64,000 bases of DNA from Thermoplasmatales archaeon (GCA_027310185.1 DAIDBH010000006.1:64001-128000); one strand, 5' to 3'; shown: positions 1 through 10,677, numbered from the stretch's first letter. Notes: generated from the sequence alone by a model not told the origin. A program made the numbers and translations.

Positions 1-166
1 TACATATCGAAACAGAGAAAGTCGAGGGAGAACGGGGAGAATCAAATGTTTCCTCTATCGAGATAACGCTCTCAAAATGATTTTTTCTCTTAATATATAA
101 ATACTTTTCACAAAAAATTCTTAAAAAGGTTAAATTGCTCCGAAGTGATATGGTATTGTTGATTCA

Positions 167-1147
167 ATGTCAGAAGTTCTAAAAATCAGTGTTGATCTGA
201 GTGGCAAACTGGATCTGATTAACAAAAGACTCTCAGAAGTCCTGAAGACGGACAATGAGAAATTGAACGAGATGTCAAATTATACAGTATCCTCAGGCGG
301 AAAGAGACTCAGGCCACTGATTGTCCTGCTTGTTTATGAATTAAGCACCACAAAGCCGGTAGAAAATGCACTCGACCTGGCAGTCGCTTACGAGATAATG
401 CACAGTGCCAGCCTGATCCACGATGATATAATTGATGAAGCTGAAGAGAGGAGGGGCATGCCTTCGCTTCATAAAAAATACAGTCTAGGGGATGCAATAG
501 TAACAGGTGATTACATGTTCTCAGTTGCTTACAGGATTGGAGCCACATATGGGATTGATGTTTCCAATGTTGTTGCAAAGGCGGCTCAAAAGCTTGCAGA
601 AGGGCAGATAGAGGAATCCATGAATCTCGGGAATTTTGAAATCACTGAGGATACTTATTTCAATATTATAACTAACAAAACGGCATACTTCTTTGCAGCG
701 GGGGCTAAAACTGCTGCAATGGTTGCGGGTTCATCAAGAGAAGACCAGAATAACATGTTCAATTTTGCCTTCAATGTGGGAATGGCCTTTCAGATTGCAG
801 ATGATATTCTGGACATTGTGGGAAAGGAGGAGATCATCGGCAAGACTCCGTTCACAGACATGAAGCACAGTGCTCTTACGCTGCCTATGATTTATGCGCT
901 GAAGAATGGAAACGAGGCTGGGAAGAGACATCTGAAAAGCGTTTTGAGGGGGAGAGAGACAGATCCGGAAAGCATTCAGAAGGCAAAACAGTTCCTAATT
1001 GATTCAGGTTCTGTGGATTATTCAATAGAAAAGGCCAAGAAATTTATTGACATGGCAATTGAATCTGAAAAGACGGCAAAGATCAGCCCGAATCTTCAGA
1101 CATTGTTTGAGATTGCATATAGCGTAATAAGCAGGATAAGGGTTTAA
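167..1147 (+). CDS. Polyprenyl diphosphate synthase, probably medium/long-chain (quinone side chain)
   Basis: GGKRLRP, FARM ASLIHDDIID, RRG, SARM FQIADDILD. Small Ala/Ser at -5/-4 before FARM suggests a product longer than GGPP. Confidence 0.92.
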   Translation: MSEVLKISVDLSGKLDLINKRLSEVLKTDNEKLNEMSNYTVSSGGKRLRPLIVLLVYELSTTKPVENALDLAVAYEIMHSASLIHDDIIDEAEERRGMPSLHKKYSLGDAIVTGDYMFSVAYRIGATYGIDVSNVVAKAAQKLAEGQIEESMNLGNFEITEDTYFNIITNKTAYFFAAGAKTAAMVAGSSREDQNNMFNFAFNVGMAFQIADDILDIVGKEEIIGKTPFTDMKHSALTLPMIYALKNGNEAGKRHLKSVLRGRETDPESIQKAKQFLIDSGSVDYSIEKAKKFIDMAIESEKTAKISPNLQTLFEIAYSVISRIRV

Positions 1148-1148
1148 A

Positions 1149-2312
1149 ATGGTAAGAATATTATTGTATACTGGAAAAGGTGGGGTAGGTAAAACAAGCG
1201 TTTCGGCAGCAACAGGCATAGAACTGGCAAAAAGAGGATTGAAGACCCTCGTTATTTCAACAGATCCGGCTCACAGCCTGAGAGATGCGTTTAAGAGAAA
1301 CATAGGGAGCGAGCCTGTTGAGGTCAGTAAGAATCTCTTTCTTCAGGAGATCAGTGTCACAGAGGCAATAAAGAAGTACTGGGATAACCTTAAACTATAT
1401 CTTACAGCACTAATGAGATCACAGGGTGTGGACGGTATTGCGGCTGAAGAAATAGCGACCATGCCAGGTTTTGATGAGGCAACCGAACTACTTTACATAA
1501 GGGAATACGCAAATGACAAGAGGTTTGACGTAGTAGTGATGGATACAGCACCCACGGGAGAATCCCTTAAATTACTGTCATTTCCGGAAGCTTTTTCATG
1601 GTACATGGAGAGGATATTCCCCATAAGCAGGAAAACGGCAAAGATAATGCGTCCTCTTATGAAGCCTTTCCTTGGTGTCCCTATTCCTGATGACAAGGTT
1701 TTTGGAAGTATTGAGGAGCTCTATTCCCAGATGAGGGAAGTGAAAGAAATACTCTCAGATCCTCAGACGACAACAATAAGACTGGTATGCAACCCTGACA
1801 GGATGTCATTCAATGAGACAAAGAGAGCTTTTACGTATCTATTAATGTACGGGTATAACGTGGATAGCGTGATTGTGAACAAGATTTATGCAGATGATAC
1901 GGGTGAATTTCTGAAAAAGTGGAGGGAATCCCAAACAGAAGTCCTGGAAGAGATCGAAACTGCATTCGCTGATCTCAAAATTATGAAGATCCCCATGAGT
2001 GCAAACGAACCTACCGGACAGAAACTGCTCGAGGAAATGGGAAAGAAGCTGTATGAGGATGTTGATCCATTAAGTATAATGAGCAGTATCATACCTCCAG
2101 TACAGTTCATAAGTGAAGATGATCATAAAATGGTAAAGATAAGGATACCATTTGCTGACAAGAAGAACACCCAGTTGCATAACAGGGGAGGTGAGCTCGT
2201 GGTACAGATAGATAACTGGAGAAGAGTCTTCTTCCTGCCACAGAGCATGAGTGATCTCAACCCTACTAACGCAGAGTTTAATAAGGGCTTTCTCAATATA
2301 GAGATGAGTTAA
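1149..2312 (+). CDS. ArsA/GET3-family ATPase with C-terminal HSP20/alpha-crystallin-like domain (Get3d-like)
   Basis: P-loop GKGGVGKT, STDPAHSL, DTAPTGE. Single ATPase domain plus a beta-rich tail (VKIRIPF...GELVVQIDNWRRVFFLP...AEFNKGFLNIEM). Confidence 0.9.
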   Translation: MVRILLYTGKGGVGKTSVSAATGIELAKRGLKTLVISTDPAHSLRDAFKRNIGSEPVEVSKNLFLQEISVTEAIKKYWDNLKLYLTALMRSQGVDGIAAEEIATMPGFDEATELLYIREYANDKRFDVVVMDTAPTGESLKLLSFPEAFSWYMERIFPISRKTAKIMRPLMKPFLGVPIPDDKVFGSIEELYSQMREVKEILSDPQTTTIRLVCNPDRMSFNETKRAFTYLLMYGYNVDSVIVNKIYADDTGEFLKKWRESQTEVLEEIETAFADLKIMKIPMSANEPTGQKLLEEMGKKLYEDVDPLSIMSSIIPPVQFISEDDHKMVKIRIPFADKKNTQLHNRGGELVVQIDNWRRVFFLPQSMSDLNPTNAEFNKGFLNIEMS

Positions 2313-2513
2313 ATGGTAGAGAAAACAATTGGCGGAAAAAACGGGAAAATACACTTTGAATTTGATCTTGAACTCCCGGGACTGAAAGAGTCTGCCGAGG
2401 ATTTCCTTTCATTCATGAAAGCTGCGGCAGATGAGATGGTTGATGTAGGAAGGAAAGTCGCTTCAAAGGGAAACACTGAAAAGAGAGAGATAAAGAAAAT
2501 AAATATTAAATAA
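2313..2513 (+). CDS. Small hypothetical protein (66 aa), amphipathic helix, C-terminal KKINIK
   Basis: ATG directly follows the TAA of the ATPase gene; plausible protein composition. Confidence 0.75.
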   Translation: MVEKTIGGKNGKIHFEFDLELPGLKESAEDFLSFMKAAADEMVDVGRKVASKGNTEKREIKKINIK

Positions 2514-2561
2514 TTTTTAAACAACCACTATTCATATTAACATTGTATTAATTACCTGATC

Positions 2562-4103
2562 ATGGTTGATTTGGAGAGGATTAAGAAGAATACTTTTGAA
2601 AAGCTTGGTCTGTCTGATAGTAATTCGGGTGTGTTTTATGGGAAATGGGAAAAATTTTCTGAAAAGGATGCCATCACTGTAAAGAGCCCAATAAATGGAG
2701 CGCTACTGGGAAAGGTTTCAGTTGCCAATCCTGATACTTACGACAAAACAGTTTCATCATTGCGAAAGGCATTTTCAGAGTGGAGCGACGTTCCGGGACC
2801 CAAAAGAGGTCTCCTCATTAAGAAAATCTCAGACGCACTCTCCGAGAAAAAGGAACTTCTGGGAAGGATTGTTTCACTGGAAGTTGGAAAAACCAACGTT
2901 GAGGGACAGGGTGAAATCCAGGAAATGATAGACGTTGGATACTATGCAACAGGACTGGGCAGGCAGATATATGGAAATACCATAGCCAGCGAAAGACCAG
3001 AGCATGTACTTTATGAGAAGTTCCTTCCACTTGGTGTTGTAGGAGTCATAACAGCATTCAACTTCCCATCTGCAGTATGGTCATGGAACTCATTTTTAGC
3101 TGCAACTGTAGGAGACACTGTCTTATGGAAACCATCATCAAAGGCTGCCCTGACTTCGGTTGCTGTAATGAATGTAATAGGAAAAGTTCTGGAAAAAGAG
3201 AACTACCCAAATATATTTGGTCTTGTAAATGGCAGAGGATCAAGCATAGGTGAGTTGCTGTCAAAGGATGAGAGGATTCCACTCGTTTCCTTTACAGGTT
3301 CTGTTAAAACAGGAAGGCATATCTCATCAGTTGTTTCAGGCAGATTCGGCAGGACAATACTTGAACTTGGAGGGAACAACTGCGCAATAGTCAGCGAGAA
3401 GGCAGACATGGATATTGCACTGAAAGGTGTTGGATTCGGGGCACTTGCCACAGCGGGCCAGAGATGTACAAGCACAAGAAGGGCCGTTGTCAGCGAGAAG
3501 ATATACGAGGACTTCAAGAAGAGGCTTATTGAGGCTTACAGGAAAGCCAGAATTGGTAATCCACTTGAGAATGGAGTGCTTGTAGGACCCCTGATAGATG
3601 AGGATGCTGTGGTGAATTATGAGAAGGCTATAGTGAAGGCGGTTGAACAGGGAGGAAAGGTCCTGACAGGAGGAAAGAGACATAAAGGTGAGAGCAACGG
3701 CTATTATGTGGAACCAACAATAATAGAAGCCAAGAAGGGCATGGAAATCACGAAAGAGGAAACCTTTGCACCTATCCTCTACCTCTTCAAGTATTCCAAT
3801 CTGAAAGAAGCCATTGAAATTCACAATGGTGTTCCTCAGGGACTCTCATCGGCTATGTTCACAACAGATCTGAGGGAGGAGGAAATTTTCCTCTCATCAA
3901 AGGGGTCTGACTGCGGTATAGCAAACATTAATACAAGCACTGCAGGTGCTGAAATTGGTGGTGCATTTGGTGGCGAGAAAGATACAGGTGGAGGAAGAGA
4001 ATCAGGCAGTGATGCATGGAAGGCATATACGAGAAGAATCACCATAACGAAGAATTATGGTAATGAGTTGCCACTTTCTCAGGGAGTCACTTTTGACCTC
4101 TGA
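2562..4103 (+). CDS. Aldehyde dehydrogenase, ALDH7/antiquitin-like
   Basis: ITAFNFP, SFTGS, LELGGNN, TAGQRCT, ETFAP, GAEIGGAFGGEKDTGGGRESGSDAWK, C-terminal LPLSQG. Confidence 0.93.
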   Translation: MVDLERIKKNTFEKLGLSDSNSGVFYGKWEKFSEKDAITVKSPINGALLGKVSVANPDTYDKTVSSLRKAFSEWSDVPGPKRGLLIKKISDALSEKKELLGRIVSLEVGKTNVEGQGEIQEMIDVGYYATGLGRQIYGNTIASERPEHVLYEKFLPLGVVGVITAFNFPSAVWSWNSFLAATVGDTVLWKPSSKAALTSVAVMNVIGKVLEKENYPNIFGLVNGRGSSIGELLSKDERIPLVSFTGSVKTGRHISSVVSGRFGRTILELGGNNCAIVSEKADMDIALKGVGFGALATAGQRCTSTRRAVVSEKIYEDFKKRLIEAYRKARIGNPLENGVLVGPLIDEDAVVNYEKAIVKAVEQGGKVLTGGKRHKGESNGYYVEPTIIEAKKGMEITKEETFAPILYLFKYSNLKEAIEIHNGVPQGLSSAMFTTDLREEEIFLSSKGSDCGIANINTSTAGAEIGGAFGGEKDTGGGRESGSDAWKAYTRRITITKNYGNELPLSQGVTFDL

Positions 4104-4112
4104 TTAAACAGG

Positions 4113-4146
4113 ATTTTTTTACTGCAAATCTTTTTTTTCTTTTTTT
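4113..4146 (+). terminator. Oligo-T tracts, probable archaeal terminator
   Basis: Three T-runs immediately after the ALDH stop codon. Confidence 0.5.
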
Positions 4147-4361
4147 CCTAATTTATTAATCGAGTTATAACATGAACTGTTGCACATAAACTTCAATATA
4201 AATTTGATAGTGTGTAATATATTACCTTTTTGTGAAATTTATATAATTTGTCATATTATAATATAAAAACCCATGAATTGTTCATTTTCCCAATGAAAAT
4301 TTTATCATATAAAAAAATTACCGAAACCACTTAAATAATATGAACCATTAATGAAGGTATT

Positions 4362-5837
4362 ATGTTCGAAAAGACCTCCAGAGATTCAGGTGGCACTAAG
4401 AACGAATTGAAAAAGGGATCTGTTGGTACATGGCAGGGAGCATTTTACTCGCTCGCCCAGGTAGGGCCAGCGGCGGATATTGCCATACTCCTGATAGGTA
4501 CATTCAGGGATGTTGGTTTCAGGTCAGTAACAGCAGTACTGGTTGCATGGCTGATATATGGGTTGTGGATGATCACACCGTATGAATTCTCAAAGTTGAG
4601 ATCCAATGCTGGTGGGTATTATGCTTATGCGGCTGCATCAACAAAGAGTGGTTTTTATGGTCCTGCAACGGCATTTTCATGGCTGTATGAGAACCTAACT
4701 TCCTCAGCATTCGCAGTTCTTGGAATATCATCATTCCTGTTTCTGCTATCATCTGAGATATCATCGCTGAAATATCTCTGGGTGGTGTTTGCCATAGGGA
4801 TGATTGTTTACGTAACAGTAATTCCATATCTTGGAATTAGACCTTCCGTTCAGTATACATTCATAACTGGTTTTGCAGAGGTTATGTTCCTTTTCATTGC
4901 ATCAATCATAATAATCATAGAGGTTGGGCCAGGGAACTCTTTCGTACCATTTACATTACCTTTCAGCATAGTACCGGTATTTTTCCTATCCATGATTTTC
5001 TCCATAAGTGATTTTACAGGAATCGGTATTTCTACGACAATATCGGAGGAAATAGAGGAGCCAAAGAAGAAGATAAAGAATTCTCTTCTTCTCTCATACC
5101 TGTTTTCAGGACTTGCACTGATTCCTGCAACATATGCACTGACCGTGGGATGGGGGATATCCGGTATTAAAGGATTCGCAGGGGCCAATGATCCTGGCCT
5201 GATTGTCTTCGAAAGGTATCTGGGACCAATTGGCGGGATACTTCTTGTAATATTTACAATAAACAGTTATCTCTCCAATGGTGTTGCAAAGACCAACGCT
5301 GTCAGCAGGGTATGGTTTTCTGCCAGCAGGGACAAGATCATATTCCCAAAATCATTCTCTGAGGTACATAAGAAATACAAGAGCCCGCACAAGGCAATAA
5401 GAGCGTATATGATCCTTATGCTTGTTATCAACCTTCTCTTTGGTTTCCTTTTCGGTCCAAAGACGGGAGCACTCATATTGCTGACAGGTTCAGGAATAGG
5501 AATAATTTTCACCCATATCTATGCAAACATTAGCCTGACACTATATACAAGAACACAGAAAGTTTTCAAGTGGCTGGTACATGGACTGATTCCAATCGCT
5601 TCCTCAATCATAGCCGGTGTTGTTATCTTTTACACCGTTCAACAGGATATCCTCGCACAGATACTATCACCATCCTTTGATAACTTTGCCTATGCAACTT
5701 CTGCTGTAGTCGGCGTGATCTGGTCATTTGTGTTTGCAATCGTAATTTCATTCTACTATGTTAGAAAAAAGCCAAAGATTGCAACTGCAGCCGGAACATA
5801 CGATGCAGATCATATAAAAATTACATGGGATAAGTGA
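4362..5837 (+). CDS. APC-family amino acid/amine permease
   Basis: About 12 hydrophobic segments; NAGGYYAY, SEEIEEPKK, SRVWFSASRD...HKKYKSP. Confidence 0.88.
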   Translation: MFEKTSRDSGGTKNELKKGSVGTWQGAFYSLAQVGPAADIAILLIGTFRDVGFRSVTAVLVAWLIYGLWMITPYEFSKLRSNAGGYYAYAAASTKSGFYGPATAFSWLYENLTSSAFAVLGISSFLFLLSSEISSLKYLWVVFAIGMIVYVTVIPYLGIRPSVQYTFITGFAEVMFLFIASIIIIIEVGPGNSFVPFTLPFSIVPVFFLSMIFSISDFTGIGISTTISEEIEEPKKKIKNSLLLSYLFSGLALIPATYALTVGWGISGIKGFAGANDPGLIVFERYLGPIGGILLVIFTINSYLSNGVAKTNAVSRVWFSASRDKIIFPKSFSEVHKKYKSPHKAIRAYMILMLVINLLFGFLFGPKTGALILLTGSGIGIIFTHIYANISLTLYTRTQKVFKWLVHGLIPIASSIIAGVVIFYTVQQDILAQILSPSFDNFAYATSAVVGVIWSFVFAIVISFYYVRKKPKIATAAGTYDADHIKITWDK

Positions 5838-5886
5838 TCCCATAAATCCATAATTTTACCAATAATATTTTGAATTCCTTAATTTT

Positions 5887-6849
5887 TCATATCATGTTCA
5901 GTAAATATGAAGGCAGTTCCATTGATACAACAAAGTTTGGTTCATCCACTATTTCACTTATGTGCAGATTGCCTGCAACGCTGCATAGTATGTAAGCTTC
6001 CTCTTCTGTTAGACCCTTTTCGTGGAGGATGCTTATCATGGATAGTGCTGCTTCCGTTGAACATTTATAAAGATCCGGACCTATACCTGTTGAAATTATA
6101 ACTTCTCCCTCTTCTTTCTTTCTGCTAATGATTACTGGCGATCTGATCTTCCTTTTCCTTTCTATTTTAACTTCTGCTACAATTCTTGCTCCTGTCTCGA
6201 CTGCAGTTCCACAGATCTCTCCATCCCCCTGGGAACCATGTGGATCTGAGAATGATAGCAATCCCCCTTCAACAGAGACTGGAAGAGTGATCCTTGAACC
6301 CTCCGAAACAAATCTATTGTCCATGTTTCCACCAAAATACTGAGGTGGGATCATTCCATACTCTCCTTCTGCAGGAGCTGTACCTATGACTCCAAGAAAT
6401 GGACTGGCCTTTATTCTTATTCCTTTCAATAAGTCTCCTTCTGAGAATATCTCTCCTTTGCCGATGTTCCAGAATAAGAGTGTTTCCCTGTACCTATTCT
6501 TGAGCAAGCCAAAATCATTCATTATTCCTGTCCATCCCCAGCTATCGGTTTCCATTTTCTTTATGGTAACTTCAATGCTATCTCCGGGATTTGCACCTTC
6601 TACATATATGGGACCAACTGCCCCATCAAAGAGTGATGAATCTATTGACCTCATCTGCGAAAGAGTGGAATTCCTGCTTATCTGCATTGTTGACGAATCT
6701 GGAATAATCACCTCGAATTCCTCCCCTTCCTTCACATGGAATACAGGACTGTTATTCCTACTCCATTTAAAGTGTAGATTTCTTAAATCTCTTCCATTCA
6801 GTTGGTTCATACCGGTAGTATTCCATCTATGAATAAATAATGTGCCCAT
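5887..6849 (-). CDS. Acetamidase/formamidase family protein (start may be ATG at 6810)
   Basis: GPIYVEGANPGD, PFLGVIG, GGNMD, DPHGSQGDGEICGTAVE, AYILCSVAG. Confidence 0.9.
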   Translation of the reverse strand: MGTLFIHRWNTTGMNQLNGRDLRNLHFKWSRNNSPVFHVKEGEEFEVIIPDSSTMQISRNSTLSQMRSIDSSLFDGAVGPIYVEGANPGDSIEVTIKKMETDSWGWTGIMNDFGLLKNRYRETLLFWNIGKGEIFSEGDLLKGIRIKASPFLGVIGTAPAEGEYGMIPPQYFGGNMDNRFVSEGSRITLPVSVEGGLLSFSDPHGSQGDGEICGTAVETGARIVAEVKIERKRKIRSPVIISRKKEEGEVIISTGIGPDLYKCSTEAALSMISILHEKGLTEEEAYILCSVAGNLHISEIVDEPNFVVSMELPSYLLNMI

Positions 6850-6992
6850 TATTTATTAGGATTTTTCCATGATTTCTCTAGGACGAATATGATGAATATT
6901 CCAGTTACTGATAGTGCAAATTTCCCCATGAAAAATAGTTATTGGATAGGATTGGAAATAATTAATAGTTAACCAGTAATGGGTTGATGTAA

Positions 6993-7934
6993 ATGAAAAT
7001 TAGTGAGATTCATAGCAGATTAAACAGGAGATGCATAATAGCAATTAGGCAGCATAAAGGAATTTTTAGCGTACTTTCAAGGTTGGAAAAGGTCACACCT
7101 GTATTCATTTTCAACGAAGGAAATGTTACATACATCAGACTATTCTTCCTCAAGAACGAGATATCAAACTCAGCAATTTCTCCCATTCTTTCCAGGAAGG
7201 ATCTGGTGGAGAACAGGTCATTTTATTCCATAACAGAGAGTGTGGAGAATGATGAACAAACCAGTATTATCACAAGGCTTCTGGAAGCCCCTTCAGTGGC
7301 CTTGAATAACACATACCTGCTAAGGGATGAATTGTTTATTGACTTCAGATTTCACGAGGATAAGCTTCACGAGATTAACGATATTTTGGCCGAAGTCATG
7401 GGTAAACTGAAGGATTTCAGGATAGTTTCAATGACACATTCTCTCAGCCTCAGGAGGAGGATGGATGAAATAAGGCAGCAGACACCTCTCTCATTGGTAA
7501 AATATACACTCAGGACACCTGAAGACAATACAATACTGAAATATATAAAATCCATAGATCCTGAATCAGTGGCAGAAATTCAGGGAAGCATCCTGTCTGA
7601 TAAGGGAGTGAAGGTTTTATTGTATACGACCAGGCCCATAAAACATCCTGGCGTTAAGGTTGTTTCTGAAGAAGATCTCGTTTATGAGGCTTTTGTAAAG
7701 GAAAAAACACTTGAGGACGGTATGAAACTTGGTAATAACGCTGGGATACCAAGGCTTGCATTCTTCTTGACTGTGGAAAATGGAATTCCATGTGATACCA
7801 CCTTTGTGCCTGCAGCAGAAGCCGACGAATATATATCAATTATGATGAGTTCACTCATGTCAGATCACGAAACGCACCCACTACTCCAATTCTTCTCTTC
7901 ACTTGATGATGAGGAGGTATGGAGCTGGGTATAA
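6993..7934 (+). CDS. Hypothetical protein, paralog of 21310..22197
   Basis: 313-aa ORF followed by a T-tract; shares LLEAPSV...Y...FRFH...EINDIL pattern with 21310..22197. Confidence 0.75.
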   Translation: MKISEIHSRLNRRCIIAIRQHKGIFSVLSRLEKVTPVFIFNEGNVTYIRLFFLKNEISNSAISPILSRKDLVENRSFYSITESVENDEQTSIITRLLEAPSVALNNTYLLRDELFIDFRFHEDKLHEINDILAEVMGKLKDFRIVSMTHSLSLRRRMDEIRQQTPLSLVKYTLRTPEDNTILKYIKSIDPESVAEIQGSILSDKGVKVLLYTTRPIKHPGVKVVSEEDLVYEAFVKEKTLEDGMKLGNNAGIPRLAFFLTVENGIPCDTTFVPAAEADEYISIMMSSLMSDHETHPLLQFFSSLDDEEVWSWV

Positions 7935-8033
7935 ATCCTTTTTTTTTACTTATTAATATAAGAATCTCCTTATCTAAAAGAATACAATGATTTAATTTCA
8001 TTAAAATATACAGCCTAAGTAAAAGGGTTATCC

Positions 8034-9236
8034 TTGTTGGAACAGAACAGGCTCTCGGGAACCATCTATGCTTCAAGACTTGTATATGCCATTAACTGGT
8101 TCACAATAGCCCCTGCGCTGATTTTCATCCAGAAACAGCTAAATGTTTCATCCATAGAGCTCGGGCTCATAGCCTCAGCCTTTTTTATTGGGTTGATGCC
8201 GTTTCAACTACTGAGTGGCATTATCTCCATAAAAACATCACCAAGATTCCTATCAATTACAGGTTTGATTTTGATTGGGTCTTTTTCGATCATAACTGGG
8301 TTGTCCCAGTCCTTTACGGAGATATTTATATCGAGGCTAGTCCTTGGGATAGGGAGTGCCTTATTTTCCTCACCAGCCCTTTCCCTCCTATCCAGTGATG
8401 ACAGGAATCTTGCTTCAAGAAGGGTTGGGAATTACAATGCCATATTCAGTATTGGTTCAGGTGTCAGTATAATTATCTGGGCAGTTCTTGATCCATTTAT
8501 AGGGTGGAGATTTTCAATGTATTTCACAGGAATCTTATCCCTATTATGTGCTTTTTTTATTGTTGTCAACATTAAACCCCAACACATAAAAAAAGAATCA
8601 ATTGCTAATAAAACTGAACTTAAAAGAATTCTACAAAGCAGTAAAAGATGGATGCTTGGATTTTCAGCTGCAATTGCGCCCCTGTCTGAAACTATTATTG
8701 GATAGTTTTTTGTGTATTATTCTGAAAAAACAAACCTATTCTCTTCTCTGGAATCAGGGATCATAATATCTCTCTATTTCATCGTTGGGCTCCTAGGAGG
8801 TGTAATATATGGTAGATTTTATAACAGAACAACTCATAAAAATTCACTGTATATGTTGACCCTTACTGCATGTTCTATCCTATTTATCACAATATCATTT
8901 TCCAGAAACTTATATGTTCTTATTGTAGTATTATGGGTAATTGGTGCACTTACAGCTGCTATCCTATCAATGCTTTATTTCATAGTGATGCAGCTTGAGC
9001 CTAGTTCTAACTACCTTCCATTCTCCCTTGGTTTCAATAACTTCATGCAGAAAGTGATATCCATATCCTCACCCATAGTTTTCATATTTATTGCTGTCAG
9101 GGTAGATTATTCCATGGCATGGCTAATACTCGGAGTTTCTGGACTGTTTCTGGCATTTCTCTACCCTGGGTTGTATTCAAATATATGGGAAGGCGATGCA
9201 GGACATTCTAGTAATAGATTTCTGACGAAACCATGA
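8034..9236 (+). pseudogene. MFS transporter interrupted by one in-frame TAG (8703-8705)
   Basis: The two track ORFs share a frame: GGA TAG TTT TTT GTG. Joined length is about 400 aa with about 12 TM segments; SRLVLGIGSALFSSPA motif. Confidence 0.8.
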
Positions 9237-9855
9237 AACTGTTTGTGTATAATCATCCACCGTTCTTAAAAATTGCATAGAAGAAATTCCCATATTCGTG
9301 ATTCTTTTGACTTATCAATAAAAAACCTTGTTGGTCAATATTTCTAGTCATATAGGTTAATATCAACCTGATTTGCAAATAGAGTTATTATTCCCCTATA
9401 ACTTAAACATGTGCTGGGAGATTGTTGTCTTCTAAGCATCCTTGCAACATTAAAATTATCTTTCATACTAGCATCTAATAACATAATAGATATACTTGGT
9501 CTAGCTGAACTAAAGGCAGGAGGAGTGCGGATAACTACTGCAGTTTTAAGTGAATGAATTGCAATAACTTTTGATTCAAGTGAAAAAGTAAAAAAGAACA
9601 GCGACTTTATAAGTTATATGTATACCAACAAAAAGAAGGTAAATCTTCAATTAGTGGTTGGTTATACAATGATCATAAGCGGGCCTTAGGTTTGCTCAAC
9701 TTCATTGGCCTTATTTAATTCATTTGTTTACATTTGTCATATTTATTTTTGATCTCATCCATTTAAATAATATGATAAAACACAAACTTGACCGTTAAAG
9801 GATTTATCTTCCCATAATATTGAGTTTTCATTATGTCCTTGGATAATATAGATTT

Positions 9856-10257
9856 CTACTCCCCAGTGAATACACTTTCCTCTTGAACAAAACATATTTT
9901 GTTTCCAAATGGATCCTTAATGTAGAACGATATCTCCCCCCATGGTCTCTTAGCTATCTCGTCTAATATTTCCGCTCCAGCTTTTTTTGTCCTTACATAC
10001 ATAGCACTGAGGTCTTTTACAGAGAAGTATATATTATCCGGGTTGGGTGGGAGATCAAAGTCGTCTCCGTCCATTCTTGGATCAAAACAGGCAAGTATCG
10101 TCCCCCTGCAGTAAAAATAATGTCTCCCTGAAGATATACGTCTCCCTTCCTGATTTAATAAGTTTGAATAAAATACCTGCGCTTTGTCTATGTCCTTTAC
10201 TGGAAGAATTACCCTGTATAGTCTTGGAGTTGAAATGTCAGTGTTATCGTCTGTCAT
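9856..10257 (-). CDS. VOC/glyoxalase family protein
   Basis: ILPVKDIDKAQVFY, IYFSVKDL, RPWGEISFYIKDPFGN. ATG at 10257 is preferred over the upstream TTG. Confidence 0.85.
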   Translation of the reverse strand: MTDDNTDISTPRLYRVILPVKDIDKAQVFYSNLLNQEGRRISSGRHYFYCRGTILACFDPRMDGDDFDLPPNPDNIYFSVKDLSAMYVRTKKAGAEILDEIAKRPWGEISFYIKDPFGNKICFVQEESVFTGE

Positions 10258-10677
10258 GTAATGGTATTGTTTATCATTATTTAGTTTTATATTTCTATTG
10301 CGCGACAACCTATATGTGCTTGAGATCTGAAAATTTCATTGATAAACAACTAATGCTTCACATCTCTGTACGTCCGTAGTACAGAATGTATTTATTTATT
10401 ACTCAATTTAAAACGATTTAAGGCTCATCGCAAAAGCTCGTGATATATTAACATTAGCGATTAGATCAACCCTAATAATTGAGAATGTATTCAGTATCAA
10501 CATCTGCTTCACAAGTTCTTAAGGTTTCGTGTTATAAAGTCCTGTATATTTATTGTTCGGGTAGTTCGGGAATAGAAATGATTTCAATAATTAGATATGA
10601 CACCTTAATTACAGAGAAGTTCCTTACTTCTAAGTATACGACAAAATGTTTAATACGTAAAAATATTACTATAATAT

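Noticed and set aside
1149-2312. Arsenite-pump ATPase annotation
   Set aside because: Single domain, only one Cys, no ars genes nearby, HSP20-like tail.
8703-8705. Pyrrolysine or genome-wide amber recoding
   Set aside because: TAG ends several complete genes in this window and no pyl genes are visible.
9240-9850. Possible gene remnant (LGLAELKAGGVRITT...SDFISYM)
   Set aside because: Interrupted by stops and no family recognisable; may be island debris.
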